This document shows positions 61,795-64,000 of a DNA stretch of 64,000 nt, piece by piece (position 1 is the first letter of the stretch; each line of letters starts with the position of its first letter). This stretch comes from Aplysia californica (Eukaryota): the NCBI RefSeq assembly GCF_000002075.1, contig NW_004798157.1, positions 218,433 through 282,432 on the forward strand. Reading direction: 5' to 3'. The translations under genes were made by a program, and so were the position numbers. The notes beneath the pieces are model-generated. The model did no database searches, had not been told where the DNA came from, and saw only the letters and a program-made list of their open reading frames with translations.

Positions 61795-62350
61795 GCACGT
61801 TAGGCCGTACGGTGTTCGCCTCTCTTTCAATGACAGGTTAGGTATTATACGGGTTCGAAACCCGAGAAAGCGACTGACTGAAAATTTCCTTCTCTAAAAT
61901 GTTCTCCTTTCACCTCATTTCCTGCCCTCTAGACATAGGCTTTCTGCCCCCCCCCCCCCCCCCCCCCCCCAACAAAAAAAAAAACCTTAAAGGGGGCCCT
62001 TGCTCTGAGGGGCCCTTTCTGCTGCTCTCATGGCTCCTTCTTACTGTTGTTTTTCATCCACACCCTTGATCTTATGGTATGTAAGATCTACACCTACTAG
62101 CCTTCTTGGATAAAGGCGAAATTCCCCGTTGCGCACTTGCTGATCCTAAAATCGATAAGAATAGGCCACTACACGCCTGAGAATTCTTATAAAAGAGTAG
62201 AATTCTGTGGAGTAAAAGTAAAATAGGCCTTGGCTTCGGCCGCCACCATGGCAAAATTTATAAAACTTCTACCAAACTGATGTATAATGTGTCCTGCACG
62301 CTCATATGACCCTATCTTACGCACTATGCAGCTGCGAGCGCCGTAAAAGG
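61795..62350 (+). mobile_element. Diverged tRNA-SINE family 1 copy
   Basis: GGGTTCGAAACC B box, AAGATCTACACCTA core, shared hairpin tail. Confidence 0.75.
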
Positions 62351-62962
62351 TTAAAGGAAAAAAATCTAGCCTACATGTATCTTGGAGTGGGGCCGGGAAG
62401 GGTTCCCTCTTCCGGCCATCTAAAAATAGTTTCATTGACGCTTTTTCCGATTTCTCGGAAGTGTTTGTATCTGGGCCACCACGCTAAAAGTTCAAGTTCG
62501 GGGTAACGTGTCGCTGTGTTCTTTCAATTTCGGTTGTGGGTTATCTCTTATAGCGGGTTCATTCAATAGATTATTCAGTTGCCAACAAGGACTCACAGTC
62601 AACGTTACGAGAGAAGTAGGAATGTCGAGCACAGGAGGATTTCAGTGAATTTCACACTCGACCTGCAGTTTATTAGTGGCCTAACTAATTAGATCTAGAC
62701 TAGACTCTAGACCTAGGCCTACTGTGCTAGATAATCTAGAGCTACTCTCACTAAAAAAGTAGAAGCCGGACAAGAGCATTTCACTTCATCAACTTGCCCA
62801 CTTATCAACCCTTGGCTGTAGGGCCTATCTTGTCACGAATTGTCACAGCTAGAAAGATCTAGATCTATTCTAAATTTGATTTTCTTACAAGTTGGCCTAC
62901 TTACTTGTTCAGTTCTTACATCGAGCTGCGATTGTCAGACTGGGTGAACCGAGGCGAGACTC

Positions 62963-62992
62963 ATGACCATGGAGGCAGCAAGGTTTCGCAAA
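62963..62992 (+). CDS. Probable first coding exon of a downstream gene (MTMEAARFRK)
   Basis: ACCATGG Kozak context at the second ATG, donor AA|GTAAGT, upstream acceptor TTGTTCAG, ETS-like GGAAG motifs at 62390-62465. Confidence 0.45.
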
Positions 62993-64000
62993 GTAAGTGC
63001 CTAGTGATTTATTAGCCTAGGTGTAGATCTAATACAAGTTTGCTGATCTGCTTTTACTTGTCAATTGTAGAGACTCGGCCTATTAACGTTTGAATTTGTA
63101 GGCTAATAATTGTTCAACAAGTCACCTTCTCTGTTTAAGTCGCCGTAACTCAGATCCTGCTCATAGCAACTTGTTCATTACAGTCACTTTTCTCTAGGCC
63201 TATAATCTTCAGTGACCATTAGATAATTATAATATGGACCAGTTCGATGGTATAATGTTTGTAATAACCTATAGAATCTACTTGGAAAATAGATCTAACT
63301 AAGAATTATTTTTTTATGTTGAGTGAGGAGCCTCACAAATTTTGTTAGCCTTTAAATTGTTCTAGGCTGAAAAGAAAATTCTTCACTTTGTGTCCTTATA
63401 GTCTAGATTCTAGTTTTTTTAATCACATGAGTTTTCTTTAGTGCATCAGAAGAGTCAGAAGAGAGACATGTTTTGTATGTAACAGCACTGGTATTTTAAG
63501 ATAAAGGACACAAAATGAAGGTACATTTCTATGAGAAGTAGATCTAGTATCATGTTTTAACTAACTATTCTATATTGCTTCTCGTTTACATGTCAGGTAC
63601 AACCTACGGTTAATAATACTGAATAAGTGTCTTGACTTTAAAGCAGTTTTATGTAGGGTTGTGAGAGCTGGAGATGTGATGAAATTGTAAAGTTTTGAGG
63701 TTAGGGGAGACGCAAACTAAATCAACAATATAACAGACACAAGTCTTGGTTTGGTGTATAGTTGGACTCCAACATTTGAACAAAATCCTTTATTCAGTAC
63801 AGACGCATGGTTGGTTTAGGAAGAGGAAAATGTGATTAAGTATGTGCGATGTGGGCACTTAGATTTAATGGGAGTATTAGTAGGCCTACATATGCCTAGA
63901 GAGTAATTGAGTGTGCTAATAGTGATTACATTACAGGCTTGCTAATTGCTGCTTGGATTGAAGGATCGCGCCCTCATATGACCTTATGCAGTTGGAAGCA

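Overview
Eukaryotic, repeat-rich, gapped scaffold, most likely from a heterobranch gastropod mollusc (inferred from the intronless chemosensory-type GPCRs and the sulfotransferase). Genes reconstructed by hand: (1) the last five coding exons of a cytosolic sulfotransferase (+, 1612-6624); (2) two intronless, about 94% identical rhodopsin-like chemosensory GPCRs (+, 11329-12393 and 23471-24541), produced by a tandem duplication later modified by an inversion and transposon insertions; (3) a complete 4-exon minus-strand gene (36092-40863, with TATA box and polyA signal) that the ORF track mis-frames as a Thr-rich mucin, but which splices in frame into a 259-aa secreted protein with about 23% Tyr, rich in Gly/His, with an RHKR furin site (best candidate for an undescribed structural, adhesive or sclerotising protein); (4) a signal-peptide exon of another small secreted protein or pseudogene (-, 50328-50482); (5) a probable first coding exon near the window end. 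The rest is Tc1/mariner, pogo, Sola2-like and Kolobok-like DNA transposon remnants, RTE LINE fragments, several SINE-like families sharing one hairpin 3' tail, a U2 snRNA fragment, a degenerate minimal hammerhead motif and simple repeats. All calls come from reading the sequence; no database searches were run.
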